From NCBI GenBank assembly GCA_964016885.1, contig OZ024740.1, positions 12,338,001 through 12,402,000 on the forward strand: a stretch of 64,000 nt of DNA, given 5' to 3'. The number at the start of each line of letters is the position of its first letter. Positions within the stretch are counted from its first letter, which is position 1. Of this stretch, positions 27,040-40,512 are shown piece by piece. A program made the translations under genes and the position numbers. The notes under the pieces were generated by a model. That model did no database searches. It saw only the letters and a program-made list of their open reading frames with translations, and was not told the DNA's origin. The DNA is from Eledone cirrhosa. Taxonomy: Eukaryota.

Positions 27040-28901
27040 ATGGCGGAAAAGATGGCAGACATGTCTGCCATTAGCTCTGCCACGCCCCCCGAGTCTGAAG
27101 AACAAAAAATAAATACAACAAAATTAGACAACGAAACAAACAAGGAAAATGAAAAAACAAATGTTACGGAAAATGAGAAAACGGAAAACAAACAAACAGA
27201 AAATAATAATACAAATAACAACAAGGCAACTTTCGCCCAGAAAACAAAACAGTCCATAACATATACACCAATAGACCTAACTGCCGCCAGAGAAAAACTG
27301 GCCGAAGCAAAGAATACACATTGTTTTGGGGGAGAACGGAATGTTTTCCATTAACTTCCCCCCAGAATTCAAGAAAGCGAGAATAGAGAGCACAGTTCTC
27401 TTCAGAACAATATTAAACCAAAAAAGAAAGGCCAGCACAGCCCAGCCAAATGGAGATAGAGTTGGTCCTAAAAGACTATATGAAGAATATTCTCTTCATA
27501 CGAAAGGACCGACTCTATGGCAGCATTTCCGTCTTAACAAAAGACAAGGAAACGGGCGCAGAAGCTTGCCCTAACCCACTCTCATCGACAACATACAGCT
27601 TCTATCCCTCTCTACATGGGTAGAAGAACACAGAGAGTAAAAATACAAACAATGCTGCCCACAATGGACTTCTGGTGGGCTATTGCTGGCTTCATAGACA
27701 TGGGCGAGGACACAGTGCTGTCAATGGGGAAGGCATCTGGAGATGTGTTCCTGGGAATGGGCCTCGACCTACTAGTCCAAATGAGGCCCGAAAGAGTGGG
27801 CACAAATCCCGGATCGCATCTGGCTGGATGACCTCACCCCAATAGATATAATTGTAGAGGGGGAGGAAGACCAGCATGCTATTTTTGCACGGAAAGGGGA
27901 CACGTTAAGGCTAACTGCCCGAAACGTATCCCCCAAAAAGGACTATTGCCCACACCCACCACAAACAGTACACAAACACCACCCACCTCCAAAAATACAC
28001 TAATACCACACACAGCAAAACAAAATACAGACACCACCAACCACAAGCACAACACAAACATCACCACCACCAGCACCAAACACAAGCACGACACAAAAAT
28101 CACCACCACCATCACCAACCAAAACACAAACATCACCACCACCATTACCAACCACAAGCACGACACAAACATCACCACCACCACCACAAAACGCATTCCA
28201 AACAAATAATAAAAAAAAACAGCAACAAATCTACCCCTCCCGCAAAAAAACAACAACCAGACCACGACGTCCCTCCCACCTGGCGCTGAAGAGTTTCCCC
28301 CAACTTCTGAAGAAGAAGGAGGAGAAGCCTTCAGACAAGTTAAAAGAAAAGAAAAGAAAAGAAAAGAAAGCACACACCCAGCACACCACAAATAACCCAC
28401 ACACAAACACCAACTCCAATCAAAAACACCCCACCCTCAACAAACAAAATTAAATCTGCGCCTCCCCTCTCCGAAACATTGACAGCATCACAAAAAAAGA
28501 CATTGCAATACACATATATAAATAAAGAAAACAAAAAACTGTTTAAATTAATAAACAATAGCCCTTTGGTGCAGACCGAAGGGCCAAACTTTATCTCAAC
28601 AGAGGACTTCACCCATTTAAAAATGATAAAGGTCCCTCTGGACCTTTATCGTTCCTTAAAAGAACAATTTAGACAGGACGTGAGCCCCCTCTGTTTAAAA
28701 CCGTTAAATCGCGTCCTCTTGAAAGATCTCCCCATAACCTCCCCTCTCCCTGACACAACTCCAAACACCCCAACCCCACCACACTCGGGTACCCCCACAC
28801 CACCACAAAACATCCCTCCACCCAACACACCTGACGCCATGGAAATTACACAACCTGGAGAGGTAGGTGCTTTTCTTTCTTCACTTTCAACACCAAAATA
28901 G
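27040..28901 (+). pseudogene. Tx1 ORF1 copy A, several frameshifts
   Basis: Pieces 27040, 27326, 27616, 27946 and 28479 match ORF1 of copy C. Confidence 0.9.
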
Positions 28902-28906
28902 ATCAA

Positions 28907-31900
28907 TTGAGAGTTGGCTGTTTGAACGCGCGTGGTCTGGGCTCAGCTTGGAAGCAAGCAAAGCTACTAAGTGACCTCAGGTCACGAAGTATAGATGTGA
29001 AGGTTGTTTGCGAGAGTCGGATCAGCAGCGTGCGACAGCTGGCTCCCGCCTTCGATGACTTTGAGATGCCCGCATCTCTCTGTCAACCCGGAGGCGGGGG
29101 GGGGGGGGTGTTGCCGTACTGCTGGATAAACGTCTGGCTCTCGACGTACAGATTGTTCACTCGGACCCGGGGGTCGATTACTGGTGCTGGACGTCGGAGG
29201 CGGTGAAGGCGGGGCTTTCAGACTGGTCGGTCTTTATGCCCCATTCGGGGCTGAAAGAGCCGACTTCTTCCAGCGTCTGGAGACTTTTCTAGGAACGTCG
29301 CGTTCCCTGCTTTTAGTGGGGGACTGGAATGGAATCCTAGATGCGCGTTGGGACTATGCAGGGGCATGTCCCGATAGAGGGGGGTGTAGCAGCCTCAAGG
29401 GGTTACTCGATCGATTCGACCTGGTCGATAGATTTCGACTAGATTGTCCAACTGCGCCAACCTGGACCTGGGCAAACCGCAGTGGACAATCTAGATCGTA
29501 CCTAGATAGGTTTTTGGTTAGGAGTAAGGATAGGGACGTATTTAGTTGTCCAGAATTGATCATGGTTGGCTATTCAGATCACAAATTAGTGACCTGCGTG
29601 GTCAACCTTGATAGAACGCATAGACAGGGTCCCGGTTACTGGAAGATGAACTTGTCCTTGCCGGCAAAGAAAGATTACAGGAACCGGATTAGTAGCTTAG
29701 TTAAGATGCGGTTGACGGGAGCGATAGTCAACAGTAGGTGGTGGGTATCTCTAAAGAGAGAGATTAGAGTAAGTTCGATAGGTTACAGTAAGGAACTAGC
29801 GGCGAATAGAAATAGGAAGGAAAGGGAGTTAACAGATAAACTAGAAGAGGCGATTAGGAGCGGAGACGTAGCCAGAGTGTTAGCGGCGAGAACGGCGTTG
29901 AGCCAGTTCTTTGACGCGAAGCACGAAGGCTGCGTTGTCCGAAGTAAAATACGTGCTTTAGGAAACGAGCTGTTAGCTGGGCCCGCGTGACAGAAGCCAA
30001 GAGTGGGATTAAATACACCATTCGGTCTTTGCGAGACCAGGATGGACGGGTGATCCTTGAACTTGAGCGGATGTGCGAGGCCTTTCAAAGGCACTTTGCT
30101 CGACTGTTCGGAGGGGGCGGGGGGCCCGGACGGGGATGTGGACTTCGGTCCATACCTCGACGGTCTACCGCGTCTTTCGAACGGCGAAGCGGAGTGCTGC
30201 GAAAGGCCAATCACAGCCACTGAAATCGGGGAAGCGCTCAGCCAATGCAGCAGACGCAAATCTCCGGGTCTCGATGGTCTACCATACGAACTTTATTTAG
30301 CTATGCCGGTATTGTTCTCCGAACTCCTCGAGGCTGTCTATTGCAACTGGCAACAGAACGGGAGAATTCCGTCTTCTGTGACCAAGGGCGTGGTCACGCT
30401 AGTGAGGAAGGACGAGAGCAAGGGGGATGACTTAAGTAACTTTAGGCCCATAACCCTGCTGAATGCAGAGTTACACATTTTGGCCAAGATGTTGGCGAAG
30501 AGGTTGGCGCTTGTGGTGGGTGGTTTGGTGGGAGACGCGCAGAAATGCGCTATCCCGTCCAGGTCCATTCACGACAACCTCCACCTCATGCGATACATCA
30601 TAGAGAGGGTTGGCAACGAACCCGGCTTTGGTGGGGCCCTGATTAACTTGGATCAATCTAAGGCGTTCGATAGGGTCGACCATGGTTACCTGGATGCGGT
30701 GCTAGCGGCGGCGGGCTTCGGACCCGTTTTCAGGGGCTGGATTTCTGCCATGCACAGTGGCAACATCTACTCTAGGATTAAAGTAAACGGCTACCTCTCG
30801 GAGTCGTTTCAAATCACCCGGTCCATCAGACAGGGGTGCCCCCTCTCCTCCCTTCTGTACGTATTGACTCTCGAGCCACTACTGCGGAAGTTGGAGTTGC
30901 TGCGGGGCATACCCCTGGAACCGGGATTGCACAAAGCGGTCTCGGCCTATGCCGACGACGTAACAGTAATGGTGGCGGACGCCTCGGAAATCGGGGCGAT
31001 CGCCACCCTACTGGAGGAATACGAAAGGCTGACGGGGTCTAGGCTGAACCGGGACAAGTCAGTCGGTTTGCAACTCGGTACGTGGAGGGGCAAACCGATG
31101 CCGTTAGACGGTGTCGTCGGGCGGTGGACGGAGGGCCCGGTGAAGCTGCTCGGGGTCTGGTTCGGACCGGACCTCCAGGTGGAGAAGAATTGGGGCGAGG
31201 TGACGAGCAGGGTGCTTGCGCTGACACAGAAGTGGGCCAAGTGCAAACTATCACTGAAAGGTCGGGCGGAGGTGACGAACGCTTACATAGCGTCCGTCAT
31301 CTGCTACCGCCTGACCGTCGTGCCTTGCCCCAAGGAAAAGCTCACCATCATGGAACGCATGCTCTTCCAGTTCTTCTGGAAGAAGCAGCCTCCCATGGTG
31401 AGGAGATCCATCTGCTGCCAGCACCCTTCGAAAGGAGGGCTGGGTATACCGTGACTGTTGATGCGTAGGCACGCATTGAGGCTACGGCATCTACAGGTAT
31501 TCCTCACCGGTCAGCCGGTGTGGGCCCCGTTTGTGAGGCGAGCCTTCCCACAACTCGTCTCGCTCACGGAGCTGCAATCCTGGGTGAAGCAAAGACCGAG
31601 AAAACTGGGCAACTGGCACACCAGGTGTGCCCAGGCGCTCACGGCTATCTGGCAAGCGGACCCGACTGTCAGTGGAGAATCCACCTCGACATTCTATAGA
31701 GGGCTGGTGGCTAGCAGGGGCGACGACACCCTTGGAGAGTCGCTAGGCATGGAGGAGGACGAACTGGCCAGCCTGTTCGGTAGAACTTTCGGCCCGGGAC
31801 CCATGGACAACTTCCAGAGGTCCCTAGCCTGGCAGTGTTACCGGAGGGCTCTGCCCGTTCGAGAAAAGCTCTACAGACACGGGCGCCCGGGCAGGGATCC

Positions 31901-32330
31901 AGCGAAAAAGATCTGTCCCAGATGCGTGCGCGACGAGGAAACCGTTGCGCATGCACTGGTACACTGCCCGGGCGTTGCCGATCTGTGGGGCTACGTCGAA
32001 CGACTGCTGACGCGTGTGGCGCCGATTCGATTAACCGCCGAGTCTGTGGTGAACATCAAGCCGCCTCCTCCCTTCAGAAATGAAGCAGAGGCGGTCTTTC
32101 TGTGCGTAATAGCCATGATGAAAGAGGTTGTGTGGTGGACGCGCCTGAAAGGTCTGAGGTCGGGTGACTTTCTCTCCGGCCATCACCTGGTTTACTTCTT
32201 CCGATACCACTTCGGAAGAAGGATCAGGATGGAGAGAGAAGTGCTTGGCCCCAGACAGTTTTATGAAAGGTGGGTGAAAGAAGCGAGAATGGCTCGTGTA
32301 AATGGGCCTTCTCTCTACATTGTTCTGTAG
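28907..32330 (+). pseudogene. Tx1 ORF2 copy A (APE-RT-Zn), frameshifts and stop
   Basis: Pieces 28907, 29184, 30057 and 31458 align to the intact ORF2 at 37081. Confidence 0.93.
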
Positions 32331-33074
32331 GTGAAGAAGTGAAGAGGAAAGGGAGAGCGCCTCCTCTCTGGGCTTCCCCCGCGAAAAGGGTTGCACACTT
32401 TTCGGGGGTATGTGCAATCCCCAACAGGCCCCCTCCCTTTTGAGGACTTTTTATTATTATATTATTATTGTTATTCCTTTTTTTCTTTACTCGATTTATG
32501 TAAACTCCCCCACTGTGTATTTGTCCCCTTCTTTTGTGCCCTCGTGGCAAATAAATAGAAATCTATCTATCTACATATAGATACACACATATATATACAT
32601 GTATTTCTATATTTATATACACACATATGTACTGTATATAGTTGGGTATATAGTTAGGTGAAGTAGCTATACTTATGTAAGAGGGTGTTTTCTCCAGCTC
32701 CGCCTTGCCCTTATATGTTGACCTAGATAATACCTCCCCATATACCTACATACCTCCCCACCCTCCCTCATATCTACTCCCCCACCACCAACCTACATAC
32801 CATCCCTCATACCTACTCCCCCACCACCAACCTACATACTCCCCCCATCCTTCATACCTACCCCCCCACACACACACTACACCAACACCACCACTACACC
32901 ACCGCCACTACACCACCACCACCACCACCACACCCCACTACTACACCATCACTACCCCCGACCACATACCCTGCCACTACCCTCACCACGCCTGACCTAA
33001 ATACTTCATCTCCCATCTGTCTCTACCATTTCTCTCTAAACAGGTTCCAGCCAACATTTAGCTGCCATAATACT

Positions 33075-33510
<436 letters not shown>

Positions 33511-33614
33511 ATATATATGTATGTGTGTATATCTATGTATGTTTATAAGTGTGTATAACTAATTCTCGTGTGCAGTGCTGGTCTCTGGTTTGTAAACAAA
33601 CATTCGTCTAGTTA

Positions 33615-34190
33615 AACACAAACACAACCACACATACACCACACAAACACAACCACACATACACCACACAAACACAACCACACATACACCACACAAACAC
33701 AACCACACATACACCACACAGACACAACCACACATACACCACACAAACACAACCACACATACACCACACAAACACAACCACACATACACCACACAAACAC
33801 AACCACACATACACCACACAGACACAACCACACATACACCACACAAACACAACCACACATACACCACACAAACACAACCACACATACACCACACAAACAC
33901 AACCACACATACATCACACAGACACAACCACACATACACCACACAAACACAACCACACATACACCACACAAACACAACCACACATACACCACACAAACAC
34001 AACCACACATACACCACACAAACACAACCACACATACACCACACAAACACAACCACACATACACCACACAAACACAACCACACATACACCACACAAACAC
34101 AACCACACATACACCACACAGACACAACCACACATACACCACACAAACACAACCACACATACACCACACAAACACAACCACACATACAAC
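33615..34190. repeat. 25-bp minisatellite (acacaaacacaaccacacatacacc), ~23 near-perfect copies
   Basis: Period of 25 read from the sequence. Confidence 0.95.
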
Positions 34191-34283
34191 AAACATATAC
34201 ACACAATATATATACATAAATAATTGTTTATATATGTGTTTATAGAGTTTCAAAGACAGTTCTATATATCCATCTATCTATCT

Positions 34284-35016
34284 GTGCTACCGAGGAGCTC
34301 TACCAGTTCGAGACAAGCTCTACAGACATGGGCGCCCGGGCAGGGACCCTGCAAAAAAGATCTGTCCGAGGTGCGTGCGAGACGAAGAAACCGTCGCGCA
34401 CGCATTCATACACTGCCCGGGCGTCACTGACCTGTGGGGCTATGTAGAACGACTATTGTCGCGGGTGGGACCAATCCAGTTGACCACCGAGTCCATTGTC
34501 ATGATCAAACCGCCACCCTCCTTCAAAAACGAAGGAGAGGCGGTTTTCCTTTGTGTGATAGCTATGGCGAAAGAGGTTGTATGGTGGACAAGGTTGAAAG
34601 GGCTGAGGTCAGACACCTTTCTCTCCGGCCAACAACTGATTCTTTTTTTCAAATACCACTTTGGAAGAAGAATCAGGATGGAGAGAGAGGTGCTGTACCC
34701 CAGCAAGTTTTATGAAAGGTGGGTGAAAGTGGCGAGAATGGCCCGAGTGAATGGGCCTTCTCTCTATATCAGCCTGTAGGTTGAGGAAAAGGAGGAGGAG
34801 AGGAAAGGAGTACAAGCTCTTCGTACTCCTGGAGATGAGGGTTGCACATTTTTTTCGGGGGTCTGTGTTACCCATAAAAACTGTCTCACTCTATTGGGGA
34901 AAATCGACTAACTTTTAAATTCCATCTGTGATAACATTTTACACGTTTTTATTGTATGTAAACTTCCCCCTTTGTATTTGTCCCCTTCTTTTGTGCCCCT
35001 GTGGCTAATAAAGAAA
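34284..35016 (+). mobile_element. 5'-truncated Tx1 copy B
   Basis: ORF2 C-terminus (EETVAHAFIHCPG...RVNGPSLYISL) plus 3' UTR; preceded and followed by (TATC)n. Confidence 0.92.
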
Positions 35017-35241
35017 TATATCTATCTATCTATCTATCTTGATAGAGTAAGACACGCTTCGCATCGGCTCCGCTATTCCATCGGGATTTACCCTTACTAT
35101 TGTAAGTACCGGATAAATTTTTTAGTGCAACACATTTGGAACACTAACCTCTGTTATTTAGGGAAACATTTTTGCATTTACCCCCTTTTTAGGGGGTAAA
35201 ATAAATATCTATTTTTGCCGAAAAATTTCTTTCTTGGCAGC

Positions 35242-37075
35242 ATGGCGGAAAAGATGGCAGACATGTCTGCCATTAGCTCTGCCACGCCCCCCAAGTCTGA
35301 AGAACAAAAAATAATTACAACAAAATTAGACATTGAAACAAACAAACAAAATGAAAAAACAAATGTTAAGGAAAATGAGCAAACAGAAAACAAACAAACA
35401 GAAAATAATACAAATAACGACAGGGCAACTTTCGCCCAGAAAACAAAACAATCCATTACATACACACCAATTGACCTAACTGCCGCCAGAGAAAAACTGG
35501 CCGAAGCAAAGAAACACATTGTTTTGGGGGAGAACGGAATGTTTTCCATTAACTCCCCCCCAGAATTCAAGAAAGCCAGAGCAGAAAACACAGTTCTCTA
35601 CAGAACTATACTGAACCAGACAAGAAAGCCAGCACAGCCCAGCCAAATGGAAATAGAGTTAGTCCTAAAAGACTATATGAAGAATATTCTCTTCATACGA
35701 AAGGACCGACTCTATGGCAGCATTTCGGTCCTAACAAGAGACAAAGAAACGGCGGAGAAGCTTTCCCTAAGCCCACTCTCGTCGACAACATATAGCTTCT
35801 ATCCCTCCTACATGGGTAGAAGAACACAGAGAGTAAAAGTAAAAACAATGCTGCCCACAATGGACTTCTGGTGGGCTATTGCTGGCTTCATTGATATGGG
35901 CGAAGACACAATGCTGTCAATGGGGAAGGCAACTGGAGATGCGTTCCTGGGAATGGGCCTCGACATACTAGTCCAAATGAGGCCCGAAAGAATATCACAA
36001 ATCCCGGATCGCATCTGGCTGGATGACCTTACCCCAATAGACATAATTGTAGAGGGGAGAAGACCAGCATGCTATTTATGCATGGAAAGGGGACACGTTA
36101 AGGCTAACTGCCCGAAACGTATCCCCCAAAAAGGACTATTGCCCACACCCACCACAAACAGTACACCAACACCACCCACCTCCAAAAATACACTAATACC
36201 ACACACAGCAAACAAAATACAGACACCACCAACCACAAACACAACACAAACATCACCACCACCAGCACCAAACACAAGCACGACACAAAAATCACCACCA
36301 CCAACCACAACACAAACATCACCACCACCATCACCAACCACAAGCACGACACAAACATTACCACCACCACCACAAAACCCATTCCAAACAAATAATAAAA
36401 AAAACAGTAACAAATCTACCCCTCCCGCAAAAAAAACAACAACCATACAACACGTCCCTCCCACCTAGCGCTGAAGAGTTTCCCCCAACTTCTGAAGAAG
36501 AAGGAGGAGAAGCCTTCAGACAAGTTAAAAGAAAAAAAAGAAAACACACACCCAGCACACCACAAATAACCCACACACAAACACCAACTCCAATCAAAAA
36601 CACCCCACCCTCAACAAACAAAAATAAATCTGCGCCTCCCCTCTCCGAAACATTGACAGCATCACAAAAAAAGACGTTGCAATACACATATATAAATAAA
36701 GAAAACAAAAAACTGGTTAAATTAATAAACAATAACCCTATGGTGCAGACCGAAGGGCCAAACTTTATCTCAACAGAGAACTTCACCCATTTAAAAATGA
36801 TAAAGGTCCCTCTGGACCTTTATCGTTCCTTAAAAGAACAATTTAGACGGGACGTGAGCCCCCCCTGTTTAAAACCGTTGAATCGCGTCCTCTTGAAAGA
36901 TTTCCCCATAACCGCCCCTCTCCCTGACACAACTCCAAATACCCCAACCCCACCACACACGTGTACCCCCACACCACCACAAAACATCCCTCCACCCAAC
37001 ACACCTGATGCCATGGAAATTACGCAACCCGGAGAGGTAAGTGCTTTTCTTTCTTCACTTTCAACACCAAAATAG
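35242..37075 (+). CDS. Tx1 ORF1 gag-like zinc-knuckle protein (net frameshift upstream of 36468)
   Basis: MAEKMAD start, CYLCMERGHVKANC knuckle and Pro/Thr-rich linker. The frame continues as LPPSAEEF..FRQVKRKKRK to STPK*. Confidence 0.85.
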
Positions 37076-37080
37076 ATCAA

Positions 37081-40000
37081 TTGAGAGTTGGCTGTTTGAA
37101 CGCGCGTGGCCTGGGCTCAGCTTGGAAGCAAGCAAAGCTTCTAAGTGACCTCAGGTCACAAAGTATAGATGTGAAGGTTGTTTGCGAGAGTCGGATCAGC
37201 AGCGTGCGACAGCTGGCTCCCGCCTTCGATGACTTTGAGATGCACGCATCTCTCTGTCAACCCGGAGGCGGGGGGGGGGGAGTTGCCGTACTGCTGGATA
37301 AACGTCTGACTCTCGACGTACAGATTGTTCACTCGGAGCCGGGGGGTCGATTACTGGTGCTGGACGTCGGAGGCGGTGAAGGCGGGGCTTTCAGACTGGT
37401 CGGTCTTTATGCTCCCTTCGGGGCGGAAAGAGCCGACTTCTTCCAACGTCTGGAGACTTTTCTAGGAACGTCGCGTTCCCTGCTTTTAGTGGGGGACTGG
37501 AATGGAATCCTAGATGCGCGTTGGGACTATGCAGGGGCATGTCCCGATAGAGGGGGGTGTAGAAGCCTCAAGGGGTTACTCGATCGATTCGACCTGGTCG
37601 ATAGATTTCGACTAGATTGTCCAACTGCGCCAACCTGGACCTGGGCAAACCGCAGTGGACAATCTAGATCGTACCTAGATAGGTTTTTGGTTAGGAGTAA
37701 GGATAGGGACGTATTTAGTTGTCCAGAACTGATCATGGTTGGCTATTCAGATCACAAATTAGTGACCTGCGTGGTCAACCTTGATAGAACGCATAGACAG
37801 GGTCCCGGTTACTGGAAGATGAACTTGTCCTTACCGACAAAGAAAGATTACAGAAACCGGATTAGTAGCTTAGTTAAGATGCGGTTGACGGGAGCGATCG
37901 TCAACAGTAGGTGGTGGATATCTCTAAAGAGAGAGATTAGAGTAAGTTCGATAGGTTACAGTAAGGAACTAGCGGCGAATAGAAATAGGAGGGAAAGGGA
38001 GTTAACAGATAAACTAGAAGAGGCGATTAGGAGCGGAGACGTAGCCAGAGTGTTAGCGACGAGAACGGCATTGAGCCAGTTCTTTGACGCGAAGCACGAA
38101 GGCTGCGTTGTCCGAAGTAAAATACGTGCTTTAGGAAACGAGGGGACCAAAGCTGTTAGCTGGGCCCGCGTGACAGAAGCCAAGAGTGGGATTAAATCCA
38201 CCATTCGGTCTTTGCGAGACCAGGATGGACGGGTGATCCTTGAACCTGAGCGAATGTGCGAGACCTTTCAAAGGCACTTTGCTCGACTGTTCGGAGGTGG
38301 CGGGGGGCCGGACGGGGATGTGGACTTCGGTCCATACCTCGACGGTCTACCGCGTCTTTCGAGCGGCGAAGCGGAGTGCTGCGAAGGGCCAATCACAGCC
38401 ACTGAAATCGGGGAAGCGCTCAGCCAATGCAGCAGACGCAAATCCCCGGGTCTCGATGGTCTACCATACGAACTTTATTTAGCTATGCCGGTCTTGTTCT
38501 CCGAACTCCTCGAGGCTGTCTATTGCAACTGGCAACAGAACGGGAGAATTCCCTGTTCTGTGACCAAGGGCGTGGTCACGCTAGTGAGGAAGGACGAGAG
38601 CAAGGGGGACGACTTAAGTAACTTTAGGCCCATAACTCTGCTGAATGCAGAGTTACAGATTTTGGCCAAGGTGTTGGCGAAGAGGTTGGCGCTTGTGGTG
38701 GGTGGTTTGGTGGGAGACGCGCAGACATGCGCTATCCCGTCCAGGTCCATTCACGACAACCTCCACCTCATGCGATACATCATAGAGAGGGTTGGCTACG
38801 AACCCGGCTTTGGTGGGGCCCTGATCAACTTGGATCAATCTAAGGCGTTCGATAGGGTCGACCATGGTTACCTGGATGCGGTGCTAGCGGCGGCGGGCTT
38901 CGGACCCGTTTTCAGGGGCTGGATTTCTGCCATGCACAGTGGCAACATCTACTCTAGGATTAAAGTAAACGGCTACCTCTCGGAGCCGTTTCAAATCACC
39001 CGATCCATCAGACAGGGGTGCCCCCTCTCCTCCCTTCTGTACGTATTGACTCTCGAGCCACTGCTGCGGAAGTTGGAGTTGCTGCGGGGCATACCCCTGG
39101 AACCGGGATTGCACAAAGCGGTCTCGGCCTATGCCGACGACGTAACAGTAATGGTGGCGGACGCCTCGGAAATCGGGGCGATCGCCACCCTACTGGAGGA
39201 ATACGAAAGGCTGACGGGGGCTAAGCTGAACCAGGACAAGTCAGTCGGTTTGCAACTCGGAACGTGGAGGGGCAAACCGATGCCGTTAGACGGTGTCGTC
39301 GGGCGGTGGACGGAGGGCCCGGTGAAGCTGCTCGGGGTCTGGTTCGGACCGGACCTCCAGGTGGAGAAGAATTGGGTCGAGGTGACGAGCAGGGTGTTTG
39401 CGCTGACCCAGAAGTGGGCCAAGTGCAAACTATCACTGAAAGGTCGGGCGGAGGTGACGAACGCTTACATAGCGTCCGTCATCTACTACCGCCTGACCGT
39501 CGTGCCTTGCCCCAAGGAAAAGCTCACCATCATGGAACGCATGCTCTTCCAGTTCCTCTGGAAGAAGCGGCCTCCCATGGTGAGGAGATCCATCTGCTGC
39601 CAGCACCCTTCGAAAGGAGGGCTGGGTATGCCGTGGCTGTTGATGCGTAGGCACGCATTGAGGCTACGGCATCTACAGGTATTCCTCAACGGTCAGCCGG
39701 TGTGGGCCCCGTTTGTGAGGCGAGCCTTCCCACAGCTCGTCTCGCTCACCGAACTGCAATCCTGGGTGAAGCAAAGACCGAGAAAACTGGGCAACTGGCA
39801 CACTGAGTGTGCCCAGGCGCTCACGGCTATCTGGCAGGCGGACCCGACTGTCAGTGGAGAATCCACCTCGACATTCTATAGAGGGTTGGTGGCTAGCAGG
39901 GGCGACGACACCCTTGGAGAGTCGCTAGGCATGGAGGAGGACGAACTGGCCAGCCTGTTCGGTAGAACTTTCGGCCCGGGACCCATGGACAACTTCCAGA

Positions 40001-40512
40001 GGTCCCTAGCCTGGCAGTGTTACCGGGGGGCTCTGCCCGTTCGAGAAAAGCTCTACAGACACGGGCGCCCGGGCAGGGATCCCGCGAAAAAGATCTGTCC
40101 CAGATGCGTGCGCGACGAGGAAACCGTTGCGCATGCACTGGTACACTGCCCGGGCGTTGCCGATCTGTGGGGCTACGTCGAACGACTGCTGTCGCGTGTG
40201 GCGCCGATTCGATTAACCGCCGAGTCTGTGGTGAACATCAAGCCGCCTCCTCCCTTCAGAAATGAAGCAGAGGCGGTCTTTCTGTGCGTAATAGCCATGA
40301 TGAAAGAGGTTGTGTGGTGGACGCGCCTGAAAGGTCTGAGGTCGGGTGACTTTCTCTCCGGCCATCACCTGGTTTACTTCTTCCGATACCACTTCGGAAG
40401 AAGAATCAGGATGGAGAGAGAAGTGCTTGGTCCCAGACAGTTTTATGAAAGGTGGGTGAAAGAAGCGAGAATGGCCCGTGTAAATGGGCCTTCTCTCTAC
40501 ATTGTTCTGTAG
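37081..40512 (+). CDS. Tx1 ORF2: APE endonuclease + reverse transcriptase + C-terminal zinc finger, 1143 aa (no AUG at N-terminus)
   Basis: LNARGL, VCES, LVGDWN, SYLDRFLV, SDH (APE); KSPGLDG, RPITLLN, LDQSKAFDRVDH, RQGCPLS, AYADD (RT); CPRC..ETVAHALVHC. Confidence 0.97.
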   Translation: MRVGCLNARGLGSAWKQAKLLSDLRSQSIDVKVVCESRISSVRQLAPAFDDFEMHASLCQPGGGGGGVAVLLDKRLTLDVQIVHSEPGGRLLVLDVGGGEGGAFRLVGLYAPFGAERADFFQRLETFLGTSRSLLLVGDWNGILDARWDYAGACPDRGGCRSLKGLLDRFDLVDRFRLDCPTAPTWTWANRSGQSRSYLDRFLVRSKDRDVFSCPELIMVGYSDHKLVTCVVNLDRTHRQGPGYWKMNLSLPTKKDYRNRISSLVKMRLTGAIVNSRWWISLKREIRVSSIGYSKELAANRNRRERELTDKLEEAIRSGDVARVLATRTALSQFFDAKHEGCVVRSKIRALGNEGTKAVSWARVTEAKSGIKSTIRSLRDQDGRVILEPERMCETFQRHFARLFGGGGGPDGDVDFGPYLDGLPRLSSGEAECCEGPITATEIGEALSQCSRRKSPGLDGLPYELYLAMPVLFSELLEAVYCNWQQNGRIPCSVTKGVVTLVRKDESKGDDLSNFRPITLLNAELQILAKVLAKRLALVVGGLVGDAQTCAIPSRSIHDNLHLMRYIIERVGYEPGFGGALINLDQSKAFDRVDHGYLDAVLAAAGFGPVFRGWISAMHSGNIYSRIKVNGYLSEPFQITRSIRQGCPLSSLLYVLTLEPLLRKLELLRGIPLEPGLHKAVSAYADDVTVMVADASEIGAIATLLEEYERLTGAKLNQDKSVGLQLGTWRGKPMPLDGVVGRWTEGPVKLLGVWFGPDLQVEKNWVEVTSRVFALTQKWAKCKLSLKGRAEVTNAYIASVIYYRLTVVPCPKEKLTIMERMLFQFLWKKRPPMVRRSICCQHPSKGGLGMPWLLMRRHALRLRHLQVFLNGQPVWAPFVRRAFPQLVSLTELQSWVKQRPRKLGNWHTECAQALTAIWQADPTVSGESTSTFYRGLVASRGDDTLGESLGMEEDELASLFGRTFGPGPMDNFQRSLAWQCYRGALPVREKLYRHGRPGRDPAKKICPRCVRDEETVAHALVHCPGVADLWGYVERLLSRVAPIRLTAESVVNIKPPPPFRNEAEAVFLCVIAMMKEVVWWTRLKGLRSGDFLSGHHLVYFFRYHFGRRIRMEREVLGPRQFYERWVKEARMARVNGPSLYIVL

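Larger units (their letters stand above)
26841..32561 (+). mobile_element. Full-length Tx1-clade LINE copy A (frameshifted)
   Basis: Closely similar to 35040-40742 from tgatagagtaa to aataaatagaaa. ATCTATCTATCT lies on both sides (possible TSD). Confidence 0.95.

Noticed and set aside
36420-36470. Programmed readthrough or frameshift in ORF1 of copy C
   Set aside because: The frame break is near homopolymer A runs and copy A differs there; a mutation or sequencing indel is more likely.
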